A DNA stretch of 64,000 nucleotides from Candidatus Nezhaarchaeales archaeon. Lineage in GTDB: Archaea; Thermoproteota; Methanomethylicia; Nezhaarchaeales; WYZ-LMO8. The position numbers and the translations under genes are program-made. Location of the stretch: positions 704,001-768,000 of the forward strand of contig JAWAKK010000001.1 in assembly GCA_038887515.1 (NCBI GenBank), read 5' to 3'. Positions within the stretch are counted from its first letter, which is position 1. Each line of letters opens with the position of its first letter. Below are positions 38,770-48,794 of the stretch, in pieces. The notes under the pieces were generated by a model, which saw only the letters and a list, made by a program, of their open reading frames with translations, was not told where the DNA came from and searched no databases.

Positions 38770-39761
38770 CTAAATAATAAGCGTGGAATTATTACGGCTA
38801 AGAATAGTTGGAGAATAGAAAGCGGCACTAAGTATTTCCAAGCAAAATTAACCATTTGATCTATCCTAAACCTAGACATGGCTGCCCTTATGGTTGTTAG
38901 GATTAGAAGTATTATGACCGACTTAACCACGAAAAGTATCGTTGAAAGGATTGCTCCTAAAATGCCTGGAAGTATTGGTTGAGGCCCACCTAGAAATAGC
39001 GTTGCCCCTAGACCACAAAGGAAGGCTAGCTCTATGTCCCTCGCCAATCTAAGTAGCGCAAGCTTCTTCCCCGAATACTCTGTAAGCCACCCAGCAACTA
39101 TCTCAGTCTCTGCTTCTGGTATATCAAATGGAACCCTCTCAAGCTCGGCCTGCGCTGACAATAGAAATATCGCGAAGCCAATTGTCTGAATTCCAAGTAT
39201 TCCCCACCAGCCGCTTTGAGCCTCCACAATACTCTTAATTGATAGCGAGCCACCCACTTGAATAGTCACGGCCGCCGCTCCCAGAACTGAAGCTACGAGA
39301 GGTATCTCGTAGCCCAAAAGTTGTAGTATCGACCTTTCAGCCCCCACCTCAGAGTACCTACTCGCAGATGATAATCCTCCCAAAAAGACTAAGATTACGA
39401 AAAATGTTAACACAGTCATTATTACGATCACGTCCCCTTCAAATGATAGTACGCCTCGAACTTCGTACACTGGCAAGAAGAGTACAGCAAATAGGCTTAA
39501 TGCTAGGGCAAATACGGGGATTGAAGAGAATACAGGTTTGTCGGCTCCCTCCGGCACTACGTCCTCCTTAGCCATAAGCTTAACAAAGTCAGCAAAGGGT
39601 TGGAATAAGCCCCAAGGCCCAGCGTAGAGCGGGCCAACCCTATTTTGAAGCTTTGCATAAAACTTTCTATCTATCCACTCAAATAGGAGGCCTAAGATGG
39701 AAAAGAATAGAAAGCCTGGAAATACAAGTATTCTAAAGAGGTCTACGAGTTCTTGAACCAT
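38766..39761 (-). CDS. nuoH: Membrane anchor NuoH/MbhM-like
   Basis: RK..A..QNRVGP, QPFAD..KL..KE, PFDIPEAE.E..G..TEY, R.RIDQ. Confidence 0.9.
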   Translation of the reverse strand: MVQELVDLFRILVFPGFLFFSILGLLFEWIDRKFYAKLQNRVGPLYAGPWGLFQPFADFVKLMAKEDVVPEGADKPVFSSIPVFALALSLFAVLFLPVYEVRGVLSFEGDVIVIMTVLTFFVILVFLGGLSSASRYSEVGAERSILQLLGYEIPLVASVLGAAAVTIQVGGSLSIKSIVEAQSGWWGILGIQTIGFAIFLLSAQAELERVPFDIPEAETEIVAGWLTEYSGKKLALLRLARDIELAFLCGLGATLFLGGPQPILPGILGAILSTILFVVKSVIILLILTTIRAAMSRFRIDQMVNFAWKYLVPLSILQLFLAVIIPRLLFS

Positions 39762-39765
39762 GATT

Positions 39766-40947
39766 TCAACACCTCCAGTACATACGCTTTATCTGGTTAA
39801 AACTCCATATCCAACTCCTTCCACTTGAGACGTCAACGAACTTTACAGCTCTATCAGTACAACTCATGCAGGGGTCTATGCTAGCAAAGGTTATGGGGAC
39901 GTCGGCTATGTGGACTACGTAGTCCCCCTTAGACGTAAGCATAACAGGTATTGAGAGAAAGTTAGCTAATGTCGGTGCTCTTACCTTCCACCTAAATGGC
40001 TTTTCAGTTCCGTTAGCTCTAACGTAGTGAAAGACCTCTCCCCTAGGCGCTTCCGTTCTTCCAACCCCCTCTCCAGTCGGCACAACTCTTGGTAACCTAA
40101 CCCTTATCGGTCCAGAAGGCATCTTCTTTATGGCTTCTCTCACTATGTTTATCGATTCGAGCGTCTCATCGATCCTAACTAGAAGCCTAGCCGTCACGTC
40201 GCAGGTATCATATGTAATGACCTTAAACGGGATCTCGCCATAGGCTGCATGCGGATCATCTGCCCTAACGTCAAAGAGAACTCCCGACGCCCTTGCCGTA
40301 GGACCTACGGCACAAAGTGCTATTGCATCCTCCTTTCTCAGTATTCCGACACCATCACATCGCATCCTTATGGTCCTTTCTTCTAAGCACATCTTCTTGT
40401 ACTTCTTAACCCTATCCTCGAGGACGTCCATTACCTTCAGTATCTTCTCGGCCTTCTCTTGTGGCACGTCCCTCCTAACGCCACCTATAGTTACTAATGC
40501 ATACGTAACTCTGTTGCCAGTTAACTCCTCTATCACGTCCATTACCATCTCTCTGTCCCTCCAAACGTACATGAAGAGTGTGTCGAAGCCTATCTCATGG
40601 GCTGCGACCCCGAGCCATAGTAGGTGGCTATGTATCCTGTTGAGTTCTAAACCCATGGTCCTTATGTAGTCAGCCCTTTTGGGTATCTCCTTGCCTATAA
40701 TGTCTTCAGTAGCTTGAGCAAGACTAAAAGCATGAACTATTCCACAAATCCCACAAATCCTTTCAGCTATATAGAGGTTCTGGATATAAGTTTGATATTC
40801 ACCAGCCTTCTCGATGCCTCTATGGTTGTAACCTAACCTAAGCCTAGCTCCAACAACCTGTTCGCCATCTACGTAACAAGTTACATTAATAGGTTCTTTG
40901 AGTGCGGGGTGTTGAGGACCTATAGGTATATCGACTATGCTACTCAT
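39766..40947 (-). CDS. Group 4 membrane-bound [NiFe]-hydrogenase large subunit (NuoD homologue)
   Basis: L1 ERICGIC and L2 DPCMSC (all four Ni-Cys present), GPQHP, EAPRGE, C-terminal extension after TDR. Confidence 0.9.
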   Translation of the reverse strand: MSSIVDIPIGPQHPALKEPINVTCYVDGEQVVGARLRLGYNHRGIEKAGEYQTYIQNLYIAERICGICGIVHAFSLAQATEDIIGKEIPKRADYIRTMGLELNRIHSHLLWLGVAAHEIGFDTLFMYVWRDREMVMDVIEELTGNRVTYALVTIGGVRRDVPQEKAEKILKVMDVLEDRVKKYKKMCLEERTIRMRCDGVGILRKEDAIALCAVGPTARASGVLFDVRADDPHAAYGEIPFKVITYDTCDVTARLLVRIDETLESINIVREAIKKMPSGPIRVRLPRVVPTGEGVGRTEAPRGEVFHYVRANGTEKPFRWKVRAPTLANFLSIPVMLTSKGDYVVHIADVPITFASIDPCMSCTDRAVKFVDVSSGRSWIWSFNQIKRMYWRC

Positions 40948-40949
40948 AT

Positions 40950-41426
40950 CTAGTCCCTCTCTTTCGTTATCCTCCTAACTAGGTCTTGAAGGTCAACGTC
41001 CTTCCTGAGCGGGTATAGGCCTTCAGGCCAATCGTCCGGCAACTCTAGGTGAGTAAGATCTGGATGATCCTTAATATTTATACCAAACATTTCGTGAACC
41101 TCCTTCTCGTAGAATAGCGCCCCAGGAATTACATCGCTTATCGTATCAATTTCGGGGTTGTCTTTTGGAATCAACCCCCTAACCGATATGACTATTCCCT
41201 TATACGAAAAGTGAGGAATTACTTCAAACCTATCTATTGCGTCTACGCCCGACATTGTGGATAGGTGGGTTACACCGATCTCGTCCCTCAAGAACTTGAC
41301 GACATCTTTGTAAGCTGACCTGTCAACCGTTATGAATATCCTCCTAGCCCTTTGAATCTTAGCTTCCGATATTTTATCCTTAAACCTGTCCCTAAGTTTA
41401 CTTATGACTTCTTCCTCAAGGTTCAA
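40950..41426 (-). CDS. nuoC: NuoC/MbhK-like subunit
   Basis: GVD, A..YE.E..EMFGI....HP, PDDWP...PLRKD. Confidence 0.87.
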   Translation of the reverse strand: MNLEEEVISKLRDRFKDKISEAKIQRARRIFITVDRSAYKDVVKFLRDEIGVTHLSTMSGVDAIDRFEVIPHFSYKGIVISVRGLIPKDNPEIDTISDVIPGALFYEKEVHEMFGINIKDHPDLTHLELPDDWPEGLYPLRKDVDLQDLVRRITKERD

Positions 41427-41851
41427 GAACCGCCACCCCTAAGCTTCTCAATAAGCTTGACTACTCCATTTATTATTGCCTCAGGCTTTGGAGGACAACC
41501 CATAACGTACACGTCAACTGGTATTACGTTGTCAAGTCCAGGATAGACGTTGTAGCAGTTTCTGAAAGCTCCGCTACTGGCACAACAATTTCCAACAGCC
41601 ACTACGAATTTTGGTTCGGGCATCTGTTCGTAAATTCTCTTGAGTCTCTTCTCTACTTGCTTAGTTACCGGGCCTGTGACTACCAGTATGTCGGCGTGTC
41701 TCGGCGAGCCTACAAGTCTTATCCCGAACCTCTCAACGTCATACCTAGGAGTAAGCGCTGCAACTACTTCGATATCGCAGCCATTACATGCACCAGTATT
41801 AAAGTGTAATACCCAAGGGCTCCTAATTCTAGCCCAGTCTATTAGCCCCAT
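41423..41851 (-). CDS. nuoB: Hydrogenase small subunit (NuoB/MbhJ-like)
   Basis: CNGCDIE, D.ERFG, PRHAD, AVGNC, GCPP.PE. Confidence 0.9.
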   Translation of the reverse strand: MGLIDWARIRSPWVLHFNTGACNGCDIEVVAALTPRYDVERFGIRLVGSPRHADILVVTGPVTKQVEKRLKRIYEQMPEPKFVVAVGNCCASSGAFRNCYNVYPGLDNVIPVDVYVMGCPPKPEAIINGVVKLIEKLRGGGS

Positions 41852-41852
41852 A

Positions 41853-42194
41853 TCACCACTTCCTCCTAGCTAGCAAGAGTATGGCTTCTAAAGTTATCAA
41901 AGCATATATTGCAACTAAGAAGGATGTTTGAAGTAACATTGACGGTGATAATATGGCGAATGCTATGACCATGGAGACCATGTCGAAGACCAGAAACAAA
42001 GTTGCGAAATTTATGAGGTGAATGGTTATCGGAACGACTTCAGCGGGGACATCTTCACCGCACGCATACGGCTTAATTTTTTCAGGACTAGGTTTCGGCT
42101 TGGGAGCCGTTTTGGCGCCCCAGGCATACGTCAAGGCGGAGACGATAAGAGCTACAACAAAGGATATTATGGGGACCGTGACCGTCGAATTCAT
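41853..42194 (-). CDS. nuoA: NuoA-like subunit
   Basis: K..PYACGE loop, FLVFD, three TM helices. Confidence 0.8.
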   Translation of the reverse strand: MNSTVTVPIISFVVALIVSALTYAWGAKTAPKPKPSPEKIKPYACGEDVPAEVVPITIHLINFATLFLVFDMVSMVIAFAILSPSMLLQTSFLVAIYALITLEAILLLARRKW

Positions 42195-42295
42195 GTCGCA
42201 ACCCTCTATGGGTACACTAGTCCATCTCTCTCGACTTGGAGTTTAAAATATAAATCCTTCGACTAGCTTCACATAAAGGGCAAAACCGAGTAATA

Positions 42296-43747
42296 GTGGT
42301 GCCTGAAGTTATGGTGTTGCCGCGAAGTAAAAAGAGCGAGAACTTTAGTGAATGGTTTGAAGAGGTCACGCTGACGACTATGGTTTACGACTATAGGTTC
42401 CCCGTGAAGGGCTGCGGAGTCTGGCCTGGCTACGGGTTTAAGCTTAGAAAGCTAGTGCTAGACATCATGAGGAGATTACTTGACGAGAGCGGCCACGAAG
42501 AGTGTCTTTTCCCAATGCTAATCCCAAAGAGCTTGTTAGAAAGAGAGGCCGAACACATAAAGAGCTTTGAGGGAGAGGTCTTCTGGGTCACGAAAGGAGG
42601 ATTTACAGAGCTCGGAGAGAAACTAGCCCTAAGACCGACCAGCGAGTCCATAATAATGCCCATGTTGAGCCTGTGGATTAAGGACCACAAAGATTTACCA
42701 GTTAAGCTCTACCAAATAGTGAGCGTTTTCAGGTATGAGACTAAAGCTACTCATCCGATGATAAGGGTGAGAGAGGTAACGACTTTTAAAGAGGGGCATT
42801 CAGCCCATGCAACTTATGAGGACGCCGAGAACCATGTGTGGAACATGGTTGAGCTATACAAGAAGTTCTTCGATGAGCTCTGCATACCTTACCTGATATC
42901 AAAAAGGCCTGACTGGGACAAGTTTGCTGGAGCTCTTTACAGCATAGCCTTTGATACCATTATGCCGGATGGAAGGGCCCTCCAGATAGGCACCGTTCAC
43001 CATCTAGGACAAAATTTCTCGAAAGCCTTTGACGTCAAGTATTTGAAGCCTGATGGAAGTCACGAGTATGTGTGGACTACTAGTTACGGCATATCTGAAC
43101 GTGTAATAGCTGCTCTGATAGCAATACATGGAGACGACCGTGGCTTAGTGATACCACCCAACGTCGCGCCGATACAAGTAGTAGTCATTCCAATACCCTA
43201 TAAGGGAAAGGAGCTAGAGGTTTATTCTGAAGCTGAGAAGATACACAGCGAGCTTAAGTCGGCCGGCTTTAGAGTAGCCATCGACGATAGAAAGGAGGTT
43301 ACCCCTGGCTCTAAGTTTTACGAGTGGGAACTGAAGGGGGTCCCAATTAGGGTTGAAATAGGCCCTCGAGACGTCGAGAGAGGGACCGCTACGGTAGTTA
43401 GGAGAGATAACTTATCCAAAGAAGTCATTCCTCGAAGCGAACTCGTAAGCTCACTTCGCATGTTATCCGAGAAACTCGTAAGAGACCTTAGAGATGTTGC
43501 CTGGAACCATTTGAAGGAGAGAACATTAAGGACTTGTAAGCTTGAAGAGGCCGGGGAGTACATTAAGGCTAGAAGGGGGATAGTAGAGGTAACGTGGTGT
43601 GGACGTAGCGAGTGCGGTTCAGCCCTCGAAGAAAGCCTTGAAGCCAAGATACTGGGATCGGCAATAGAGTATGTAAAAGTTGAAGGGAAGTGCGTTAATT
43701 GTAATGGAGAGGCAATAAAGATTTTGAGGGTCGCCAAGAGCTACTAA
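42296..43747 (+). CDS. proS: Proline--tRNA ligase (archaeal/eukaryal type)
   Basis: RPTSE, FRYE, F.EGH, Q.GT.H.LG.NF, G.S.R, C-terminal Zn domain ending AKSY. Confidence 0.96.
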   Translation: MVPEVMVLPRSKKSENFSEWFEEVTLTTMVYDYRFPVKGCGVWPGYGFKLRKLVLDIMRRLLDESGHEECLFPMLIPKSLLEREAEHIKSFEGEVFWVTKGGFTELGEKLALRPTSESIIMPMLSLWIKDHKDLPVKLYQIVSVFRYETKATHPMIRVREVTTFKEGHSAHATYEDAENHVWNMVELYKKFFDELCIPYLISKRPDWDKFAGALYSIAFDTIMPDGRALQIGTVHHLGQNFSKAFDVKYLKPDGSHEYVWTTSYGISERVIAALIAIHGDDRGLVIPPNVAPIQVVVIPIPYKGKELEVYSEAEKIHSELKSAGFRVAIDDRKEVTPGSKFYEWELKGVPIRVEIGPRDVERGTATVVRRDNLSKEVIPRSELVSSLRMLSEKLVRDLRDVAWNHLKERTLRTCKLEEAGEYIKARRGIVEVTWCGRSECGSALEESLEAKILGSAIEYVKVEGKCVNCNGEAIKILRVAKSY

Positions 43748-43815
43748 GGATAGCGCAAAATCCTTATAAGATAAGGAAGTCTCCTGCTTTACACAGCTAG
43801 AATTATTAGGGTTGA

Positions 43816-44151
43816 TTGGAATTGCCAAAAAAGAGGAAGAATCGAGGAAGATCTAAGGGTGATAAGGGAAGGGACTCGATAGTATTATGCGATGGTTGTG
43901 GAAGGCCGATCCCCAGGGGAAAGGCAATAAAAGTGACTAAGTATGTGAGCTTTGTGGATCCTCAATTGAGGAAAGAGCTTGAAGATAAGGGGGTCTCGAT
44001 AAGCAAGACCTTAGTCACCAAGTACCTCTGCGTCAGTTGCGCTATATTTCAAGGTGTGAGGAAAGTTAGATCTGAAGAGGGAAGGAAAATACTCCCAGGT
44101 CAATCCAAGCCAAAGATAATTAGAGGGGAAGGCTGGAAGGGCTCAGCTTAA
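43816..44151 (+). CDS. rps26e: 30S ribosomal protein S26e
   Basis: PKKRKNRGR.KG, C..C...PR.KAIK, CVSCAI...VRS. Confidence 0.95.
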   Translation: MELPKKRKNRGRSKGDKGRDSIVLCDGCGRPIPRGKAIKVTKYVSFVDPQLRKELEDKGVSISKTLVTKYLCVSCAIFQGVRKVRSEEGRKILPGQSKPKIIRGEGWKGSA

Positions 44152-44192
44152 AAATCTTTAAATTTCTTTAGGATGAGCACTAGTGGTGTTCC

Positions 44193-44777
44193 TTGCTTGG
44201 CAAGCTAAGAGAAAAGTATGAAAGGTTCATGGAACCAATTGGCAAGTTGCTGAGTAACCTTGGATTATCGCCCAACGCTTTGACAATACTTAGCGTTATC
44301 TTGGCTTGCTTAGCCGGGACCTTATTTTACTTAAGAAAACCAATACTAGGCGTTATTGGGATCATAGCAACTGGAATTGTTGATATGCTCGATGGAGCCC
44401 TCGCACGGGCGATTGGCAAGGTTACAAGGTTTGGCGGCGTTCTTGATCACGTGTTAGATAGATACGCAGAGTTCGCGATAATAACCGGGATGACCTTAGG
44501 CGACTACCTAAACCCCCTTTTTGCGCTCTACGCCATCTTCGGGATGGTTATGGCAAGCTACGTTAGAGCTAAGGCCGAGTCCATCGGAGGCTTAAAGAGC
44601 TGTACCGTTGGGATAATGGAAAGGCAGGAGAAGCTCGTACTGCTGATGGTAGGGGGAACGCTCGTTTATTGGCTTAAAGATGTGTTGAACGTGGTAGCAA
44701 TAATAGTTGGCACGCTATCCCACGTAACTGCCTTCCAGAGACTCCTCTACACATATAAGCAGACGGGTGGTGCATAA
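44193..44777 (+). CDS. pgsA: CDP-alcohol phosphatidyltransferase (archaetidylinositol phosphate synthase-like)
   Basis: PN.LT, D.LDG.LAR...FG..LD...DR, SYVRA.AE, G.MER.E. Confidence 0.85.
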   Translation: MLGKLREKYERFMEPIGKLLSNLGLSPNALTILSVILACLAGTLFYLRKPILGVIGIIATGIVDMLDGALARAIGKVTRFGGVLDHVLDRYAEFAIITGMTLGDYLNPLFALYAIFGMVMASYVRAKAESIGGLKSCTVGIMERQEKLVLLMVGGTLVYWLKDVLNVVAIIVGTLSHVTAFQRLLYTYKQTGGA

Positions 44778-44778
44778 A

Positions 44779-45699
44779 ATGTTTAATTTGGTGGCCGTCG
44801 GCAATCCGGTTTACGATATCATTAAGACCCCCTTCGTCGAAAGCCTGGGTAGAGTTTTATCGGGGTGTAGCGTTAACGCTGCTTTGACGGCCAGAAAGCT
44901 GGGAATGAAGAACGTAGTAGTGGTTGGCCGCATAGGAAGGGACTTCGAGAAGCGCTTTGTCAGCGAATTGAGGAGTAAAGATGTACAATTCATGAAGGTC
45001 GGAACGGCTAACGAGACTACAGGCTTTAAGCTAAGGTACATCGACTTCTCGGGCAATAGGGAGCTGGAGATCCTTGGATCAAGCGGTAAGATTTCTCTAA
45101 GTGATATACCTAGAGAGGCATTTGACACCAAGGCAGTAATAGTTGGCCCTGTCATAGGCGAAGTCGAAGTAGACATCCCCTCTTCCTTTAAGAGGAGGGG
45201 CGTAACGGTTTTCCTCGATCCTCAAGGCTTCCTCCGCCGAGTGAATAATAGGGTTGTCGAGCACTACGCTAGCTCTGAAGCGATAGAAGCTTGCTGTGAA
45301 AGCCACTTCGTAAAGCCAAACGAGTTAGAGGCAAAGTTACTTTCGGGAGTTGATGAACCGTTGAAAGCCGCTCTCTCCATTTATAGCAAGACTGAAGCAA
45401 TAACGGCTCTAACGTTAGCTGAAAGAGGCTCAATAGTTGTCGATGGAAAGAGGGCAATAATAGTCCCAGCCTACCCCACTTACCTTGTAGACCCTACAGG
45501 AGCTGGAGACGTCTACTTTGGGGCTCTAGCTTACTATCTGCTTAATGGATTTAGCCTAGAGGATGCTGCATCTTATGCTTCAGCCGTCGCTTCCATAAAG
45601 GTTGAGAACGTAGCTGCGCACTTTAACTTTTGTCAAAGTGAAGTTATCACTAGGGCTTCGTGGATAAGATCTAACATTAAGATAAAGCAACTACATTAA
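44779..45699 (+). CDS. PfkB/ribokinase-family carbohydrate kinase
   Basis: LDPQG, KPNE.E, DPTGAGD. Confidence 0.85.
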   Translation: MFNLVAVGNPVYDIIKTPFVESLGRVLSGCSVNAALTARKLGMKNVVVVGRIGRDFEKRFVSELRSKDVQFMKVGTANETTGFKLRYIDFSGNRELEILGSSGKISLSDIPREAFDTKAVIVGPVIGEVEVDIPSSFKRRGVTVFLDPQGFLRRVNNRVVEHYASSEAIEACCESHFVKPNELEAKLLSGVDEPLKAALSIYSKTEAITALTLAERGSIVVDGKRAIIVPAYPTYLVDPTGAGDVYFGALAYYLLNGFSLEDAASYASAVASIKVENVAAHFNFCQSEVITRASWIRSNIKIKQLH

Positions 45700-45730
45700 A
45701 CCATACATTCTAAATCGTTCGTTATCTAAA

Positions 45731-45892
45731 TCATATAGGCCATTCGTGCCCGCAACTCGGGCATCTAGCATACTTACATCCTACAGCCGCTGAGGGACAA
45801 CCTCCACAGGCAAATGTTCTAGCATAGGTTATATCGAATTCGTAGCCACACTTAGGGCACCTTACTAGCTTAGTAGAGCCTCTTAGCCTCAT
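45731..45892 (-). CDS. 53-aa Cys-rich CPxCG-type Zn-finger microprotein
   Basis: MRLRGSTKLVRCPKCGYEFDITYARTFACGGCPSAAVGCKYARCPSCGHEWPI; AAGGAGA directly upstream; missing from the ORF track. Confidence 0.8.
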   Translation of the reverse strand: MRLRGSTKLVRCPKCGYEFDITYARTFACGGCPSAAVGCKYARCPSCGHEWPI

Positions 45893-45965
45893 TCTCCTTC
45901 TCCTCCATTAACAGAGGATAAAAGCCCTTTAAAAATAGTTCTACAAAAAATAGTTGAGATGAGCC

Positions 45966-46778
45966 TTGAATCTACTTCACCTAACCGCTATTGCTAAGAT
46001 TTCGTTGTGCTCCATAATTCTCGGCTTCGCATCCTTTCAGGATTGGAGGACCAGGGAGATAAGCGACGTAGTCTGGATAGTCATGGGGGGCTTTGGGGCT
46101 ACGCTAACCACCATAGAGTTGTTGACCGACTTCTCTTACGGCTTCCTTCTAATGCTTGCTGCATCGGTAGCCACGTGTTTCTTCCTTGGCTTCGGCCTAT
46201 ACCGCTTGGGCTTCTTTGGAGGAGCAGATGCAAAGTGCTTGTGGTGTATAGGCGTAACCCTCCCCTATAACCCGCTTACCAGCCTAGGGCTTAGCCCCGT
46301 TGGCCTTCAAAACCCCATCTTCTCGATCTCAATATTCAATAACTCCATATTGACTGCCGCTTTCTTAGCGTTGGGCATCATGTGCTTTAACGCCGTAATG
46401 AAGACGAGGCGCCATCTATTTTCAGAAAGCGAAGAAAAGAGTTTATGGAAGAGGTTCGTTGTCCTAGCATTGGGCTACAAGATGAAGATATCAAGAGTCT
46501 TAGAGAAGAAAGACTTCTACTTCCCTCTTGAGGTATTCTCACACGAAAACGGCCGTGTTAAAAGGAGATTTAAGTTTACGGCAAGGTGTATGGACGACGA
46601 TCCCTACGCAGAGCTTACGAGACTTGTAAACGCTGGAATTGTAAGTGTAGACGAGGAGATATGGGTCTCTCCAGCAATCCCGCTTATAATCAACATAACA
46701 GTCGGGTTCCTGGTATCATTACTTTACGGCGACTTAGTACTATCTATAGCTAGGGCAGCCCTAAGCTTAACACTATAA
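45966..46778 (+). CDS. Prepilin/preflagellin peptidase (A24, PibD/FlaK-like)
   Basis: D.RTREI.D..W, FGGAD.K, WVSP.IP......GF. Confidence 0.88.
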   Translation: MNLLHLTAIAKISLCSIILGFASFQDWRTREISDVVWIVMGGFGATLTTIELLTDFSYGFLLMLAASVATCFFLGFGLYRLGFFGGADAKCLWCIGVTLPYNPLTSLGLSPVGLQNPIFSISIFNNSILTAAFLALGIMCFNAVMKTRRHLFSESEEKSLWKRFVVLALGYKMKISRVLEKKDFYFPLEVFSHENGRVKRRFKFTARCMDDDPYAELTRLVNAGIVSVDEEIWVSPAIPLIINITVGFLVSLLYGDLVLSIARAALSLTL

Positions 46779-47798
46779 CGTTGCAAGTATATTCTTAGCA
46801 AGCCTTGCAATTTCACCCGCTACATCAAGTGTCTTAGCGCAACCGCCCATATCTGGCGTCAACACCTTACCGTCCGAGATTAACTTGTCGACAGCCATCT
46901 CTATCGCTATGGCCTTCTTAGTCTCCTTTAAGTGTCTTAACATAAGTGCCGAGGAGAGTATTGACGCTACTGGGTTTGCTATGCCCTTGCCAGCTATGTC
47001 GAGAGCTACTCCGTGAACTGGCTCAAACATGGCGTACTTGTCACCTATATTGGCCGAGGGCGCAAGCCCTAGACCGCCAACGACTCCTGCAGCGACGTCG
47101 GAAAGAATGTCTCCAAACATGTTTGTAGTCACCAGGACGTCAAGGGTCTCCGGGGCCACCACTATCCTGTACCCAGCTGCATCGACGACCAGCTCGTCTG
47201 CCTGAATTTCAGGGTATAACTTAGCGATTTCGAAGAAGGCTGAGCGAAAGAGACCGCAGGATTCCTTCATTACGTTTGCTTTGTGGACTACTGTAACTCT
47301 CCTCCTTCCCTCTCTCTTAGCTAATTCAAAGGCGAACTTTGCTATTCTCTTAGAAGCCTTCTCGCTTACGATCCTTAACGTGATAGCCGTAGAGCTAACC
47401 TTGAACTCTAGACCCGAGTAAAGGTCTTCGGTGTTTTCCCTAACGATTACCATATCTACTTTCTTTGGGCTCCTACCAAAGGTCTTAAATGGTCTAACGT
47501 TAGCGTAAAGGTCTAGCTCTCGCCTCAAAGCTACGGTAACAGATTTATAGCTCTCGGGACCTGGAGGCGTCATCAATGGCCCTTTCAATATACAGTTGCA
47601 GCTCTTTATGGTGTTAAGCGCTCCATCTTCGATAGGCTTACCTGTCTTTCTCCAATACTCGTAGCCAGCCTTTATCTCTACGTACTCAGCATCGAAGTCC
47701 AGAGCCTCCAAGACCTTGAGGGTGGAATCGATTACCTCCGGCCCTATCCCGTCGCCACGTATGACCGCTATCTTAAAATTCAAGTTAAGGGCCCCCAC
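46773..47798 (-). CDS. Isocitrate/isopropylmalate/homoisocitrate dehydrogenase family protein
   Basis: GDGIGPEV, LR..LDLYAN.RP, RENTE, HKAN, NMFGDILSD, EPVHG; substrate not resolvable. Confidence 0.88.
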   Translation of the reverse strand: MGALNLNFKIAVIRGDGIGPEVIDSTLKVLEALDFDAEYVEIKAGYEYWRKTGKPIEDGALNTIKSCNCILKGPLMTPPGPESYKSVTVALRRELDLYANVRPFKTFGRSPKKVDMVIVRENTEDLYSGLEFKVSSTAITLRIVSEKASKRIAKFAFELAKREGRRRVTVVHKANVMKESCGLFRSAFFEIAKLYPEIQADELVVDAAGYRIVVAPETLDVLVTTNMFGDILSDVAAGVVGGLGLAPSANIGDKYAMFEPVHGVALDIAGKGIANPVASILSSALMLRHLKETKKAIAIEMAVDKLISDGKVLTPDMGGCAKTLDVAGEIARLAKNILATL

Positions 47799-47840
47799 AC
47801 TTTTAGGAACTTAAAGTCTTGAGATTTAGGTGCTTAAAAA

Positions 47841-48794
47841 GTGAGATTTAAGGATTTATGCGAGGAATTAGACAAGACCTTGAGACTGGACCTAGGGTTT
47901 AGAGGTATAGTCGACGAGCTATACTTAGCGGCTAGATCCCGCGTTAACAAGCCCCTCGTACAGCTAGCCGTAGAGTTAATTGCTAGCGTAGAACCTAAAA
48001 GAGCGGTAATAGCTACTGGATTTAAAGTAACGCCTAAGTTCGTTCAAGAGACCGACGGGCCTCTAGGTGCATTAGTTTTAGCTCAAACGCTTGATGTGCT
48101 AGGTTTCGACGTCCTCCTCCTTATAGAGGAAGACTCCACCGGAGTTTTAAACGCTGGGCTTGATGTGCTAGGTTTAAGCTGTAAGGTATGTCCTCTGCCA
48201 GTAAACTCGTCTTTAGCGCCTTTCTCTCGTAGATTGATGGAAGATTTCGGACCTAAGGTACTGATATTCGTTGAGAAGGTTGGAGCGAATGACGTCGGAG
48301 TTTATCATACGATGTCTGGGGTCGACGTCAGTAGGTATCACGCTAGAGTTGAAGAGATAATATATGAAGCCCGGAGAGTGGGCTGTAAAGTTATGTCTGT
48401 AGGTGATGGTGGTAACGAAGTCGGGTTCGGACTCATAAAGGAGGCAGTAGAACTGCTAGTTCCTCGAGCACGGGATTGTGGTTGTCCATGTGGTAGAGGT
48501 ATAGCCGCATCATCGATGGTTGATGTATTGGTAGTTTCTTCCATATCTAATGTCGGGTGCTATGCCATTTCCTCCGCACTTTCAGCTTTTTACGGTTATG
48601 AGTGGCCGCATAATCACGAAGTGGACCTTAAACTGTTGAAAGCAATTGTAGATGCAGGTGCGGTTGATGGATTAACAGGCGAAGGCGACATGAAGGTTGA
48701 CGGCGTGCCGGCCCAAGTCCTAGCATTAATGGTTGACTTGGATTCCTACCTCGCTACTAAGTTCCTTGGCAAAATGGGAGTATTAAAGAGGTAG
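47841..48794 (+). CDS. DUF4392 / D-glutamate cyclase-like protein
   Basis: TGF, ETDGP.G, GDGGNE.G.G, G..DG...VDG. Confidence 0.8.
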   Translation: MRFKDLCEELDKTLRLDLGFRGIVDELYLAARSRVNKPLVQLAVELIASVEPKRAVIATGFKVTPKFVQETDGPLGALVLAQTLDVLGFDVLLLIEEDSTGVLNAGLDVLGLSCKVCPLPVNSSLAPFSRRLMEDFGPKVLIFVEKVGANDVGVYHTMSGVDVSRYHARVEEIIYEARRVGCKVMSVGDGGNEVGFGLIKEAVELLVPRARDCGCPCGRGIAASSMVDVLVVSSISNVGCYAISSALSAFYGYEWPHNHEVDLKLLKAIVDAGAVDGLTGEGDMKVDGVPAQVLALMVDLDSYLATKFLGKMGVLKR

